Below, one piece after another: positions 25,027-35,998 of a DNA stretch of 64,000 nucleotides. The notes below the pieces were generated by a model. The model was not told the origin of the DNA. It saw nothing but the letters and a program-made list of their open reading frames with translations, and did no database searches. Both the position numbers and the translations under genes were made by a program. Every line of letters begins with the position of its first letter. Within the stretch, counting starts at the first letter, position 1. Origin of the DNA: Candidatus Omnitrophota bacterium (GTDB lineage: Bacteria > Omnitrophota > Gorgyraeia > Velamenicoccales > JABMQK01); assembly GCA_028711115.1 (NCBI GenBank), contig JAQTSV010000001.1, positions 1,111,005-1,175,004 on the forward strand, given 5' to 3'.

Positions 25027-27846
25027 TTAAGAATTGGAAATGATTCTCTGAAGGAATTGACCAGTATAAGATTTTTTGACTCTGGCAATTTCCCGGGGAC
25101 TGCCGCTGGCAACGATCTCTCCGCCTTCGTCTCCACCCTCAGGGCCCAAGTCAATTATGTAATCTGCGCATTTAATCACATCCGGATTGTGTTCGATAAC
25201 CAAGACAGTATTACTTTTATCGACTAACCGCTGAAGTACGCCTAACAGCTTTTCTGTATCTGCGAAATGCAGGCCAGAGGTAGGCTCATCTAAAATATAT
25301 AATGTCCTTCCTGTGGAACGCTTGCTTAATTCTTTGGCTAATTTTATCCTCTGGGCCTCTCCTCCAGAAAGTGTGGTGGCGGATTGTCCTAGCTGAACAT
25401 AACCCAATCCCACATCATAAAGCGTCTTTAATATATTTCTGATTTGGGGTATATTTTCAAATAATTCTAACGCCTCTGCAATAGAAAGCTCCAGGACATC
25501 GGATATAGATTTACCCTTATACTTAACTTCTAATGTCTGCTCGTTAAATCTGCGGCCATTACAGACCTCGCATTTGACGTAGACATCGGGTAAAAAATGC
25601 ATTTCAATTTTCTTGATTCCGTCTCCCTGACAGGCTTCGCACCTGCCGCCTTTTACATTGAAACTAAACCTACCTGGTTTATATCCGCGCATGCGTGCTT
25701 CTGGCAAATGCGCAAATAAATCCCTGATATGACTAAAAACATTTGTATAGGTAACAGAATTTGAACGCGGAGTCCTGCCGATAGGAGACTGATCCACTTC
25801 AATTACCTTATCGATATTCTCAAGGCCTTTTATTTTTTCGAACTTGCCGGGTTTCTGTTTTGAACCATATAATTTTCTGGCTATTGCCCGATAAAGAATT
25901 TCATCTATTAAAGTAGATTTTCCTGAACCCGAAACGCCTGTAACACAAATAAACACGCCTAAAGGAATTTTTACATCTATATTCTTTAGGTTATGTTCTC
26001 TGGCGCAAATAATCTCAACGCATTTTTTATCTTTGTAATCTCTGGGCTTCGAAGGCGCCTCTATTTCTAATTCCTTCATTAGATATTTAGCAGTCAGGGA
26101 TTTCTGGCTCCTTAACAATTCTTTTAATCCGCCGCAAAATACTACCTCACCGCCAAAACGGCCTGCGCCCGGGCCTAAGTCCACGATATAATCCGCAGAC
26201 CTTATGGTTTCCTCGTCGTGTTCCACCACGATAAGAGTATTGCCGATATCGCGTAAACTCTTCAAAGTTGCCAGAAGCCTCTGATTATCGCGATGGTGCA
26301 GGCCGATAGTGGGCTCATCTAAGATGTAGACCACACCCACAAGACCAGAGCCTACCTGTGTGGCCAGGCGTATACGCTGCGCTTCGCCTCCGGAAAGAGT
26401 CTGGGCTTTTCTGTCTAAAGTTAAATAATCCAAGCCCACATCAATGCAGAATTTCAATCTCCTCTTTATTTCTTTTAAAATCTCATAAGCAATTACTGAT
26501 TCTTCTTTGCTTAACTGTACGTCAGAGAAAAATGCATAAGCTTCTTTTGTAGACATCTTTGTTAAATCCCATATGGATTTATTTTTTATAGTAACTGAGA
26601 GGCTTTCTTTCTTGAGGCGCGAACCACCGCAGCCGGGACACGGTAACTGTGAAATATATTTGGAGATTTCATGCTTTAAATATTCACTATCCGTCTTATT
26701 GAAAAACCTCTCGAGGTTAGGAATAACACCTTCAAACCTTTTGCCCCAAATCAAGACATCCGCACCATAAAGAATGGCATGTTTTAATTCCTTGGATAAT
26801 TTCTTAAAAGGAGTATCCAGGCTAAAATTCATCTCTTGAGCTAATTCTTTGAGAAGGGCGCGATAGTAAAGAATGTATCCTTTCCCGCCCCGCCTCCAGG
26901 GTTCAATAGCGCCGCCATTGACGGATTTATCTTTGTCGGGAATGACTAAATCCTCGTCGAACTCCATCTTGGTTCCCAGGCCACCGCAAGCCGGGCACGC
27001 GCCATAAGGTGAATTAAAAGAAAAAATCCTCGGCTCTATTTCCTCTAAATTAATTCCGCAATTCGGGCAGCTGTATTGTTCGTTAAAAACCAATTCTTTT
27101 GCCTTGCGGCCTTTGCCTTCTTCTTTATAATTTATAATGATAATACCTTTTCCTAATTTCAAGGCGGTTTCCACGGCCTCGGCAATCCGAGACTTAAACT
27201 CTGAATTATTAATCAAACGATCGATCAATACTTCTATATTATGGATTTTATATCTATCCAGCTTTATCTCATCGTTTGTCTCGTATAATTTTCCGTCGAT
27301 GCGAATACGCAAGAATCCCTGCTTTTTAAATTCCTGTATCAAAGATTGATATTCGCCTTTTCTGCCTCTTACCACCGGCGCAAAGATATCTATTTTGGAA
27401 TCTTTGGGAAGTTCTAGAATTTTACCGATAATCTCTTGTGAACTCTGGCGTATAATTGGTCTGCCGCATTTATAACAATGGGGCTTACCGATTCTGGCGA
27501 ACAATAATCTTAAGTAATCATAAATTTCGGTCTGCGTGGCTACCGTAGAACGCGGATTGCCGCCGGCGGTCCTTTGTTCAATGGAAATTGCCGGCGAAAG
27601 GCCTTCTATATGTTCGACGTTGGGTTTTTGCAGCTGCTCCAAGAATTGGCGGGCATAACTGGAAAGGCTTTCCACATACCGCCTCTGGCCTTCTGCATAA
27701 ATCGTGTCAAAGGCCAAAGAAGACTTCCCCGAACCAGAAAGTCCGGTAATTACGATAAGTTTATTTCTCGGCAGGACTAAATCTATATTTTTAAGATTGT
27801 GCTCTTTGGCACCTTTGATAATAATATTGGCATCGTAATTAGACAT
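25027..27846 (-). CDS. uvrA: Excinuclease ABC subunit A.
   Basis: Two ABC ATPase modules ([18 protein letters not shown]), zinc-finger motifs, 939 aa. Confidence 0.95.
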   Translation of the reverse strand: MSNYDANIIIKGAKEHNLKNIDLVLPRNKLIVITGLSGSGKSSLAFDTIYAEGQRRYVESLSSYARQFLEQLQKPNVEHIEGLSPAISIEQRTAGGNPRSTVATQTEIYDYLRLLFARIGKPHCYKCGRPIIRQSSQEIIGKILELPKDSKIDIFAPVVRGRKGEYQSLIQEFKKQGFLRIRIDGKLYETNDEIKLDRYKIHNIEVLIDRLINNSEFKSRIAEAVETALKLGKGIIIINYKEEGKGRKAKELVFNEQYSCPNCGINLEEIEPRIFSFNSPYGACPACGGLGTKMEFDEDLVIPDKDKSVNGGAIEPWRRGGKGYILYYRALLKELAQEMNFSLDTPFKKLSKELKHAILYGADVLIWGKRFEGVIPNLERFFNKTDSEYLKHEISKYISQLPCPGCGGSRLKKESLSVTIKNKSIWDLTKMSTKEAYAFFSDVQLSKEESVIAYEILKEIKRRLKFCIDVGLDYLTLDRKAQTLSGGEAQRIRLATQVGSGLVGVVYILDEPTIGLHHRDNQRLLATLKSLRDIGNTLIVVEHDEETIRSADYIVDLGPGAGRFGGEVVFCGGLKELLRSQKSLTAKYLMKELEIEAPSKPRDYKDKKCVEIICAREHNLKNIDVKIPLGVFICVTGVSGSGKSTLIDEILYRAIARKLYGSKQKPGKFEKIKGLENIDKVIEVDQSPIGRTPRSNSVTYTNVFSHIRDLFAHLPEARMRGYKPGRFSFNVKGGRCEACQGDGIKKIEMHFLPDVYVKCEVCNGRRFNEQTLEVKYKGKSISDVLELSIAEALELFENIPQIRNILKTLYDVGLGYVQLGQSATTLSGGEAQRIKLAKELSKRSTGRTLYILDEPTSGLHFADTEKLLGVLQRLVDKSNTVLVIEHNPDVIKCADYIIDLGPEGGDEGGEIVASGSPREIARVKKSYTGQFLQRIISNS

Positions 27847-27877
27847 ATCTTATAGTTTTATGGTGAAACTTCGTGTC

Positions 27878-29473
27878 TCATGAAGAAAGTAATTTTTCAA
27901 AGATAAAGAATCTCATATAAGGATCCGAAGGAGCGATGTTCTGAGATACATATCCATCGAAAATATAACGATAATGCTCCTTAAGATAACTAAACAGTTC
28001 TTCTGACCCCTTATAATTAAAAAGAAAATATATAAAATAATAATGTTTTTCGATTCTTTTTTTCAATTCCTCTGATGAAATAATATAATAACAATTGCGA
28101 TCCGAATAATATTTCATAACCGAAATATTCCAATAGTTAGAAAATATAGGTTCGTCTTTTGCTAAAGTTGATCCTACTTGAGACATAATCTTACTATAAA
28201 TAAAAGAATGCATCTTTTGTGTCTTATTATATTGCGTCAAAGGCAAATCAGATTTAGAAATATTTAAACACAGCAAGATTATTATGCTTATAGCTATAAT
28301 AATCACACCGAAAAACTGAACATTTTTAGCATGAATTTTTCTTATTAACGATATCAATGCATAGAATATTAAAGTAGATAGCAATACGCTCGCCAATAAC
28401 ATATGGGTAGCTGTCTGAATATGAATCATGGCGTGAGAAGGAAATATAATCCACCAGCTTAAACCGCAGAGAAAGAATATCGATAACAGCTTAATTCCGT
28501 TTATTATGTTGATCGATGCTTCATCTTTTAATCTATTTTTTATTAAGAAAATTGGAATAATTAAGAACAAGGGGATCAATTTAAGGTTGGCACCGTTGAT
28601 GAATTTAATATTTCTTATAAAACACATATGCAACCAAGATTTAAAAGTTGGAGCCATATTCCCTAATTCATAACTATTATTGATTCTTTGCTTAGCAGCA
28701 ATAAATAAATCCTTAAATGCCGCGTTAATACTCCCTAATGCGACAGCGTTTTGTAAAAAATGTGCCAGAAAACCAATAAAGACTACAGATGCTATCATAA
28801 TCCAATATTTCCAAGCTAGTTCTTTCTTAAAAAACAAAACGAATAATAACATAAAAAGGTAAATATAGATTATATATTCAAAGCTATTTAGCGTATTTAA
28901 AAGACACAGCAATAACAAAACAGCAAATAGGATTTTCCTTCTATTCTCTAAAAACAACACAAAACAAAATAAAATTGATACCCTGAATAATTCCATATAG
29001 CTGAATTGATGTATTGAATCGGCGCTTAAAATAAAGACAGGGTTTGTAATAAAAAATAATAATCCCACAAAAGAAATAAAATAACTGCCGGGGAATACTT
29101 TTCGCAATAACAAAAACCAGAACCAGCAAGTAAACATAGAGATCAATAAAGAAACCAGCCTGAAAATAACGAGCTGGCCTGAAGGAAAGATTCTTAGAAT
29201 AACTCCGGCGATGATATTAGGAAGCGGCGGATAGTGTGTATAAAATTCACCGGGTTTTTCTATTTGTGGATTAAAGATAGGCAAGAATTTACAGTTGAGA
29301 AATCCAAATTTAACGAAATTTTTGGCAGAAATTAAACTCTCTGCATCCGCACAATTCAGCCAATGGTCTAAAAATGGATAAATAATTCTAAAAGATCCAA
29401 AGAAAGAAAAAAAGAGAAAAATTATAATTAAAGCTAAAACCGAATCATTTCTTATTTTCTTATTTAAAACCAT
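27878..29473 (-). CDS. Polytopic membrane protein, possibly a GT-C-fold glycosyltransferase (ArnT/PMT/TfpW-like).
   Basis: More than 10 predicted TM helices. A periplasmic loop with acidic residues sits near TM1. It is adjacent to a GT9 gene and a UbiA-type prenyl-phosphate pentose synthase. Family not confirmed. Confidence 0.35.
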   Translation of the reverse strand: MVLNKKIRNDSVLALIIIFLFFSFFGSFRIIYPFLDHWLNCADAESLISAKNFVKFGFLNCKFLPIFNPQIEKPGEFYTHYPPLPNIIAGVILRIFPSGQLVIFRLVSLLISMFTCWFWFLLLRKVFPGSYFISFVGLLFFITNPVFILSADSIHQFSYMELFRVSILFCFVLFLENRRKILFAVLLLLCLLNTLNSFEYIIYIYLFMLLFVLFFKKELAWKYWIMIASVVFIGFLAHFLQNAVALGSINAAFKDLFIAAKQRINNSYELGNMAPTFKSWLHMCFIRNIKFINGANLKLIPLFLIIPIFLIKNRLKDEASINIINGIKLLSIFFLCGLSWWIIFPSHAMIHIQTATHMLLASVLLSTLIFYALISLIRKIHAKNVQFFGVIIIAISIIILLCLNISKSDLPLTQYNKTQKMHSFIYSKIMSQVGSTLAKDEPIFSNYWNISVMKYYSDRNCYYIISSEELKKRIEKHYYFIYFLFNYKGSEELFSYLKEHYRYIFDGYVSQNIAPSDPYMRFFIFEKLLSS

Positions 29474-29508
29474 CGTGAACTTTGGGCTGACTTTTGTTTA
29501 AACTCTAA

Positions 29509-30804
29509 TTATATCCTACTTTGCTCGGGTAGTAAGTTTCTATGGCTGATATCGGAAATTGCATGTTTTTCTTTTTCATAAAAATAATCCATAGTAGATA
29601 TATCTGCGGTGGGTTTAATCGATAATATTTCACATATCTTTTTATATACTTCCTTGGGCGATATTGATTTCATGCAGATGTTATTCCCTCGACAGGGAGG
29701 AAAATCTGTTCTGTAAATACAAGGGCTGCAATAAACTTCCCTGGAATGAAAAATTATATTCCTATCGCTAGCAAAATCCGCATAATGCAAAGGATTACCG
29801 GGACCCCACAGAGAAACTACATTAATATCCAAACCTACAGCAATATGATATAAACCAGAATCATTTGTAACCATTAATTTGGCATTACTGATAAGCTCCA
29901 TGACAGCTTCAAAAGAAAACTTGCCAGCTGAGTTAAATGTAATCTTCTTTGCTTGATCAGAAAGTTTGCCGTATAGAGCATTGGTATAAGAATATTCTTC
30001 GGGGCTACCTATTATAAATATAGGGTTTTGCCAATCTTTCGCTAAGGCGTTAATCAACAAAACAAAATAATCCATAGGCCAACGCCTCTCCAATAACAAA
30101 TCAGAAGCGTTAGGATTGACGACAATATAAACATTAGCATCTTGGACGCCATTGGATATTAACCAATTTTTGACCTCCTGTTTATCTTGCTCTTGTAATT
30201 TTATTTTCTCAATTTTATAACCTATATCTTTATCATCTATGCCGCAAACTCTGGCAAGCTGAAGATAGATCCTGCTAATATGTTGATAGTCGTTAAACCA
30301 GACCAGATGCGTATTAAGTCCTATTCTAAATCTAGTGGATTCTTTATAAAAACCATACCTATTTCTTGCAAGGCTTAAAGTTGTCAAAATAGTAGAAAAC
30401 GCTGAATAAACTTCTAAATCAAAGTATAAATCGATTTTTAATTTCCATAATTTAATAATCAAACGAACCGTATCGAACAAAATGTTAAAAAATGAAGAAT
30501 CTCTGATATAAAGATAATTGTCAAAGAGTGAAATCCTTTCAACTAATGGTTTATTTTTAAGAGTGGTAATAAGTATATATTTTGCTGATGGGTATTTCTG
30601 TCTTAAGGCTCTGACCATCGGGGTGGCTCTTAGGATGCTGCCCATTCCTAAAAGCTTTGCTATAGCTATTGTTTTAACCTTATTCGGTGAATCATCGTGA
30701 TCTATTTTAAGAATTTTCCCCAACGGACACACAATAGAATTTAATAAAAATGCTAATGGCCTTCCTATAATTCTATCGAGAATGATTTTATCTCGTGATT
30801 TCAT
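29509..30804 (-). CDS. Glycosyltransferase family 9 (heptosyltransferase-like).
   Basis: C-terminal LMVTNDSGLYHIAVGLDINVVSLWGPGNP matches the GT9 DSGxMHLA...GPT motif. Confidence 0.7.
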   Translation of the reverse strand: MKSRDKIILDRIIGRPLAFLLNSIVCPLGKILKIDHDDSPNKVKTIAIAKLLGMGSILRATPMVRALRQKYPSAKYILITTLKNKPLVERISLFDNYLYIRDSSFFNILFDTVRLIIKLWKLKIDLYFDLEVYSAFSTILTTLSLARNRYGFYKESTRFRIGLNTHLVWFNDYQHISRIYLQLARVCGIDDKDIGYKIEKIKLQEQDKQEVKNWLISNGVQDANVYIVVNPNASDLLLERRWPMDYFVLLINALAKDWQNPIFIIGSPEEYSYTNALYGKLSDQAKKITFNSAGKFSFEAVMELISNAKLMVTNDSGLYHIAVGLDINVVSLWGPGNPLHYADFASDRNIIFHSREVYCSPCIYRTDFPPCRGNNICMKSISPKEVYKKICEILSIKPTADISTMDYFYEKEKHAISDISHRNLLPEQSRI

Positions 30805-30861
30805 AAGTAATTTTTCTTACTGATAGAACAATTTGAACGAAACTGGCCAGCGCCGTTTAAA

Positions 30862-31941
30862 TCAATAGCTCAAAAATAATTTTCCCCAATCAGTTTTCAG
30901 GATATTTCTTACCCTTTTTCTGCCGATAAAATTATACCAGAACCAATCGTGGTAAATAATCGAAGCCAAATATGACCAAGGGGTAATCACAGTCCTGAGC
31001 AATAAATGTTCCAATGGTTTAAGCCGACCCCAGTAAATCATCTTCTGTCCCCTGCTGGCAAACGTATTTTGGTTGGCCTGGAAATGAAAATTCACATCTT
31101 TGATATCTTCTCCTACAATTTCGATTTTCTTTAAATCTCCACATCCTAATCCTAATTCATGGGCAAGACGGATAAATTTCAAACTCATGGGCTCAAAACC
31201 CATCATCTTTGCCGCTATAGCATCAATAGCGACCTGGTCATTACTTGCCAAGATATAATTCTTTACATGCGGAATCATACATCTAGGCCCCGGGCCGTCA
31301 CCGGCAAAGGTTCCATCCATAACCGCAAAAATTCCTGAATGAATCTCTTTCTGAATAATCAAAAGATCAACTAATGTTTCATTAATCACAGAATGTGTAT
31401 AATGCCGTTTTTCATGCAGCAATCCTCCGAAAGAATTCTTCATCGCCCCAGTCATGGTGGTAAAGACATGAGTCTTCATCGTGGGAAGATGAATAATATT
31501 ATGGCCAATAAAGCGTTTTGGTATGTAAATACCTTCGGGGAATATCTTATCCAAAACCAAAAGCTTTGTCTTTGGTTTAAACCTAACCCACTCCTCGCCT
31601 TCATAGAGATGGATATTTCTAATGCCATATTTATTGACGACATTTATATGCTTGTTAGTTCTTTCGCCTTTTTTAGCACTGACTACAACCGTACGATTAT
31701 GGCAGGCATAAATAGAATTTTTCTCATAACCATCTTCGAGTAAAGTTTTTAATACGCCTTCTAATTGCCAGGGGGTCGAGGAACAGGCAGGATAAAAATA
31801 ATGCCAGGAAATGTTTATCTTTAAAGCTGTCTGTCTGTCTTTGGGAAGGAATTTATCATAATCAATTGATTTTAAGAGCCTTGAGTAGTCCTCTAATACT
31901 GTTTGGGGATTAGTCTTAAGTACTGCTACCTTTGAAATCAC
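30862..31941 (-). CDS. DUF362-family protein.
   Basis: N-terminus KVAVLKTNPQTV and overall length are consistent with DUF362. Uncertain. Confidence 0.45.
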   Translation of the reverse strand: MISKVAVLKTNPQTVLEDYSRLLKSIDYDKFLPKDRQTALKINISWHYFYPACSSTPWQLEGVLKTLLEDGYEKNSIYACHNRTVVVSAKKGERTNKHINVVNKYGIRNIHLYEGEEWVRFKPKTKLLVLDKIFPEGIYIPKRFIGHNIIHLPTMKTHVFTTMTGAMKNSFGGLLHEKRHYTHSVINETLVDLLIIQKEIHSGIFAVMDGTFAGDGPGPRCMIPHVKNYILASNDQVAIDAIAAKMMGFEPMSLKFIRLAHELGLGCGDLKKIEIVGEDIKDVNFHFQANQNTFASRGQKMIYWGRLKPLEHLLLRTVITPWSYLASIIYHDWFWYNFIGRKRVRNILKTDWGKLFLSY

Positions 31942-31968
31942 AACGTTTTCCTTTTACCTAACAAATTA

Positions 31969-32862
31969 TCAGTAAAGGATAACAAACACTGACAATATGT
32001 AAAGTACGATATTCAAAATGAGGGCCTTATCAGTCAATAATAAAAGCTCTGGTTCATCGCCTGCCTGGCGTTTATAAACAAGATAGAGATACCTTAACAC
32101 ACCATACAATACAAAAGGAATTGTATAAATGAGATTTGCGGTATGAAATTTAGCTATTGTTTCATGCGATAATGTATACAGGGCGTAAGAAATAACCGTA
32201 GCGGAACTGACAAGAGAAATCGCCTGATCCAGGAATCTTGAGCTGTATTCCTTTAGAACAGGACGCACATTATGATGATTTATGGTAAGAAGCAACTCGC
32301 TTCTTCTCTTGCTTAACGCCAGGAATAAAGAAATAAGCATTGTGCAGAGAATAAACCAGGAGGAAACCGCAACATCTATTGCCACAGCTCCGGCAATTAA
32401 CCTCAATACAAAACCTACAGCAATACAAAAGACGTCAATAATAACAATATGTTTTAAAGAAACCGAATATAAAATTTGAATTGCGGCATATAAAAGGCAA
32501 ACCAAGAAAAATACCGTATTTATCTTTAATGCCACTATTAAACTTGCGACCATTAATAAAAAGGCGAACAGAAAAGCTGTCTTGGGATTGAGTTTTCCTG
32601 AAGCTATGGGACGGCCGGATTTCTTGGGGCTTAATTTATCAAACTCTCTATCCAATAAGTCATTAAAAATATAAATGGCACCGGAAATAAAACAAAATAT
32701 ACAAAAAGCGATTAGCGATAACAAAAATCTTGGGCCGACCAAGAGATTTTTTGAAAATATTAATGCGACAAAGACTATTAAATTCTTTGTCCACTGAGGA
32801 GGCCGTAAACTAATAAAAATCGCAACAAGAGTTTTCATTAATTTTCTATTTTGGTTTTCCAT
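31969..32862 (-). CDS. UbiA-family prenyltransferase, decaprenyl/polyprenyl-phosphate 5-phosphoribosyltransferase-like (DPPR synthase).
   Basis: Integral membrane protein carrying the NDLLDREFD motif (NDxxDxxxD) in the first cytoplasmic loop. Confidence 0.7.
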   Translation of the reverse strand: MENQNRKLMKTLVAIFISLRPPQWTKNLIVFVALIFSKNLLVGPRFLLSLIAFCIFCFISGAIYIFNDLLDREFDKLSPKKSGRPIASGKLNPKTAFLFAFLLMVASLIVALKINTVFFLVCLLYAAIQILYSVSLKHIVIIDVFCIAVGFVLRLIAGAVAIDVAVSSWFILCTMLISLFLALSKRRSELLLTINHHNVRPVLKEYSSRFLDQAISLVSSATVISYALYTLSHETIAKFHTANLIYTIPFVLYGVLRYLYLVYKRQAGDEPELLLLTDKALILNIVLYILSVFVILY

Positions 32863-34013
32863 AAAATTTTTCTTTTAATAATTAAAAGTTTCCTGCCAAA
32901 ACTAATGTTAGCAACGCTAATAAGAAGTTTTTTAAAAACATTGAATATCTGAAAAATGCCAAATAAAATTATCCCGGATAAATTAGTTTTGAATAATCTA
33001 AATTGGTAGAGATTAATTAATTTATTCGGCCAGATCATCTTATATTCTTCCGTTCCTCTCAGCAAATCAAAATATCTTAATCTTTCTGAAAAAGATTTAT
33101 TGATTAAATATTTCAACATAATTTTTCCGGGAGAAAAAATTGAATACTCAGGATTAAATGTAGGCGTATAGTAATAAAACTGCTTATTGTAAATATAGCC
33201 GAAATGGAAAGCAATCGGGATAGCGTTAAGTTTCAAATAAGAAAAATCAAGTAAGTTCTTGTTAGTCAGCACCTCCAAAAGCCTTGAATATCTTTCTATT
33301 GATTGTGAATCGCTAAATTGACTTCTTTGAAACACCGCACCCCATCTCTTTTCATGCGACTTAACAAAAGAAGATAGAATTTCTATGCCCTCATTATATG
33401 TCTTTACTCTATCAAAAATAAGATTTCCAAGTTTATTAAGGCGATTTTCCTGCCTGTTTATATCAGACCTATATTTTTTATCCATTTTACCGAAATAATC
33501 AAACCAATCGCTATATTCCTCCAAATTAATAACAACGGACGAATCAACGGCTTTTATGCTACCCGAGAGCGCCTTATATTCTTTGACATATTTCTGGAAT
33601 AGTCTAAAATTAGAAGAATCTCCTCTTATGTAAAATAGATCTATGCAATCCCATTTTTCACGACAATCTAAAATCTGCTCAAAAATTATTTTAAAACATG
33701 CATCACTGTTCTTAGTAATAATAAAATCTAAATAATCCGAAACACCGTGAGCGATAAACTTAAGGCTTTTTAATGAAAGGATAGGCATAATTTTACGTTT
33801 CTCTACCGTGAGCGGCGCAATAGCAATTAATTCTTCGCTATCCCATACTAAAATAATAAACAACTCATGGCCGTCACCGCAAAATTCCCACCAAATCGAA
33901 AGCCACTCATGTCTTAAAAAGAATACATTATTATTGCTTCTATTTAAAACTTCATTCCAAATTTGTTCTAACTTCTTGAATTCATTGTAATCAGTTATAA
34001 TTTGAACTCTCAT
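32838..34013 (-). CDS. FemAB-like/GNAT-fold acetyltransferase (Acetyltransf_6, CelD-like).
   Basis: Length and a C-terminal GNAT-like region; common in glycan loci. Confidence 0.5.
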   Translation of the reverse strand: MRVQIITDYNEFKKLEQIWNEVLNRSNNNVFFLRHEWLSIWWEFCGDGHELFIILVWDSEELIAIAPLTVEKRKIMPILSLKSLKFIAHGVSDYLDFIITKNSDACFKIIFEQILDCREKWDCIDLFYIRGDSSNFRLFQKYVKEYKALSGSIKAVDSSVVINLEEYSDWFDYFGKMDKKYRSDINRQENRLNKLGNLIFDRVKTYNEGIEILSSFVKSHEKRWGAVFQRSQFSDSQSIERYSRLLEVLTNKNLLDFSYLKLNAIPIAFHFGYIYNKQFYYYTPTFNPEYSIFSPGKIMLKYLINKSFSERLRYFDLLRGTEEYKMIWPNKLINLYQFRLFKTNLSGIILFGIFQIFNVFKKLLISVANISFGRKLLIIKRKILWKTKIEN

Positions 34014-34040
34014 TTAAAAATTGTCCTTATAAACTTTTAA

Positions 34041-35045
34041 TTATAATGAACTTAATGGCAGACAAACAATATTTCGATACATCGAAAGAAATCTCTCCTG
34101 TGACGACAAAACTTCCTCTGGCAAGGCAGGCCAGGCAAAACTTTTTATTCCCGTATTGTAATATAAGTTTCTAATAAACAGTTCTCGCTCTTTTACTTTT
34201 AAAGGGAAAACCCAAGGGACAACACCTTCTCCTAAATGCTTAAAAATCGGCTCAGCCTCACCAGAATTCAGAAACATCTCCAAGAAAACCTCATAGGCTT
34301 TTCTTTTCTTAATTATAAACTTTTCATAATCGATATGCCTCATAATGAGCCTGGATAAATTAGAATAGCCGATAAGGTATTTGGCTAAATTCTTTTCTTC
34401 TTCAGCTGATTCTTCTTTATATATTTTAGCTTTTTTATTTAGCATTCTTAAAAACTTAGGCATAAAATAAGATGATAAATCATTGATTTTAGTGAAAATA
34501 AATTTTGTTGAATATTTAAAATCCTCTATAACGGGATTATTGCAAGGAACATATAAACAATCATTAAGATTAGATTTCTTATTCACCACTAAAGCTGCTC
34601 CGTTTGGGATTGGCAATGTTTTCCTGAAACTAAATATTGAGATATCTCCAAATGTTCCTAAGTCTGTTGAACTATTTTTACTTAAAAAACCATGGGCATT
34701 ATCTTCAATAAAGCTTATTTTGGAATTCCTGCATATATCCAGAATTCCATCTATTTGCTGTGGAAAACCAAAATAGTTAACGGCAAGAATTCCTTTTGTC
34801 TTTTCATCCAGCAAGTCTTTTATTTGTTGAGTGTTAGGAATTAAATTGTCATCTATATTATAGTATTTGACTTTGATCCCCAAATAATTGAAAGGAGCCA
34901 GAACAACGTTACAGATATAAGCAGGGATAAGAATATTGTCTCCCTCCTTGATTCCTAATATTCTCAAGCCCTCTAATAAAGCTGTCCGGGCATAGCCAAA
35001 ATAATGTATTTTATCTTGATCCAAAGGAAAAGGTAATTTTTTCAT
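34041..35045 (-). CDS. DegT/DnrJ/EryC1/StrS-family PLP-dependent sugar aminotransferase-like protein.
   Basis: GILAVNYFGF...DNAHGF...SIFSFRKTLPIPNGAALV (SFxxxK-like lysine region). Shorter than typical members. Confidence 0.5.
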   Translation of the reverse strand: MKKLPFPLDQDKIHYFGYARTALLEGLRILGIKEGDNILIPAYICNVVLAPFNYLGIKVKYYNIDDNLIPNTQQIKDLLDEKTKGILAVNYFGFPQQIDGILDICRNSKISFIEDNAHGFLSKNSSTDLGTFGDISIFSFRKTLPIPNGAALVVNKKSNLNDCLYVPCNNPVIEDFKYSTKFIFTKINDLSSYFMPKFLRMLNKKAKIYKEESAEEEKNLAKYLIGYSNLSRLIMRHIDYEKFIIKKRKAYEVFLEMFLNSGEAEPIFKHLGEGVVPWVFPLKVKERELFIRNLYYNTGIKSFAWPALPEEVLSSQERFLSMYRNIVCLPLSSL

Positions 35046-35998
35046 TTCGCTATCAATTGTTTGGTTAAATTAACACAGCGTATTAATTTAGGATAAAAAT
35101 TTGTCAATTTTACTTTGAAAATAAATAAATTTTTATATCCGGAGATATGTATTCTTCCTAGCTTGAATGGATTTTTAATTTCGATTGATTCTTCTATGCT
35201 TGAGAAAGCAGCTTCAAAACCTAAATCACGCATAATTTTTACATGAATAGGCAAAAAATCATTTTCCCCTCCATAGGGATAAGCAAAAATCTTGACTCTT
35301 TCGCCTAATTTATCCTCTATAATTTCTTTTGACTCTTTTATTTCCAATAATGCATTTTCATAATCTAACCTTGCGAGATTTACATGATTTACGGTATGCG
35401 CCCCAAAAGATATGCCAAAATTCTGCATTTCTTTTACTTCCTCCCAATTCATCGCTGAACGTTCTAATTTATAATTATCTACTCCCAAAATAAATTTTAA
35501 TTCATTTAAAAACGTATCGGGATTTGTTTTTGGTTGTTTCATATATTCATCAAACAACCCATATGCCTTAATCCTATCGGTTTCTGTTTTTAGGCAGATT
35601 TTTCTACTCTTCCCATTTAGCCTTAAAGTAATTTCTTTCCTATCTGTTTGTCTCAACCAAGTTTTAATCTTATCCCACCAAAAGACTTTGTCTGTACCGA
35701 TATATCCTGTAGCAAGAAAAACAATAGCCGGAAGATTATATTTCTTAAGAATTGGAAAAGCATAGTTATAACAATCAACCGACCCATCGTCAAAAGTTAG
35801 AAGAATCGATCTAGGCTCTAATTTTCGAGAATTATTTAAATAAAACAAAAAATCCTTAATAGATAAAATATTGTAATGTTTGCTTAAAAAGGATAATTGT
35901 TTTTCGAAAATTTCAACACTAACTGTATTGGCTTTATCAAAATATTTACTACCCTCTTTTAAGTTAGGCAGAATCCTGTGATAAGTAAGAGTTGTCAT
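35042..35998 (-). CDS. Polysaccharide deacetylase (NodB homology domain).
   Basis: ILLTFDDGSVDCY motif plus His-containing motifs. Confidence 0.75.
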   Translation of the reverse strand: MTTLTYHRILPNLKEGSKYFDKANTVSVEIFEKQLSFLSKHYNILSIKDFLFYLNNSRKLEPRSILLTFDDGSVDCYNYAFPILKKYNLPAIVFLATGYIGTDKVFWWDKIKTWLRQTDRKEITLRLNGKSRKICLKTETDRIKAYGLFDEYMKQPKTNPDTFLNELKFILGVDNYKLERSAMNWEEVKEMQNFGISFGAHTVNHVNLARLDYENALLEIKESKEIIEDKLGERVKIFAYPYGGENDFLPIHVKIMRDLGFEAAFSSIEESIEIKNPFKLGRIHISGYKNLFIFKVKLTNFYPKLIRCVNLTKQLIAK

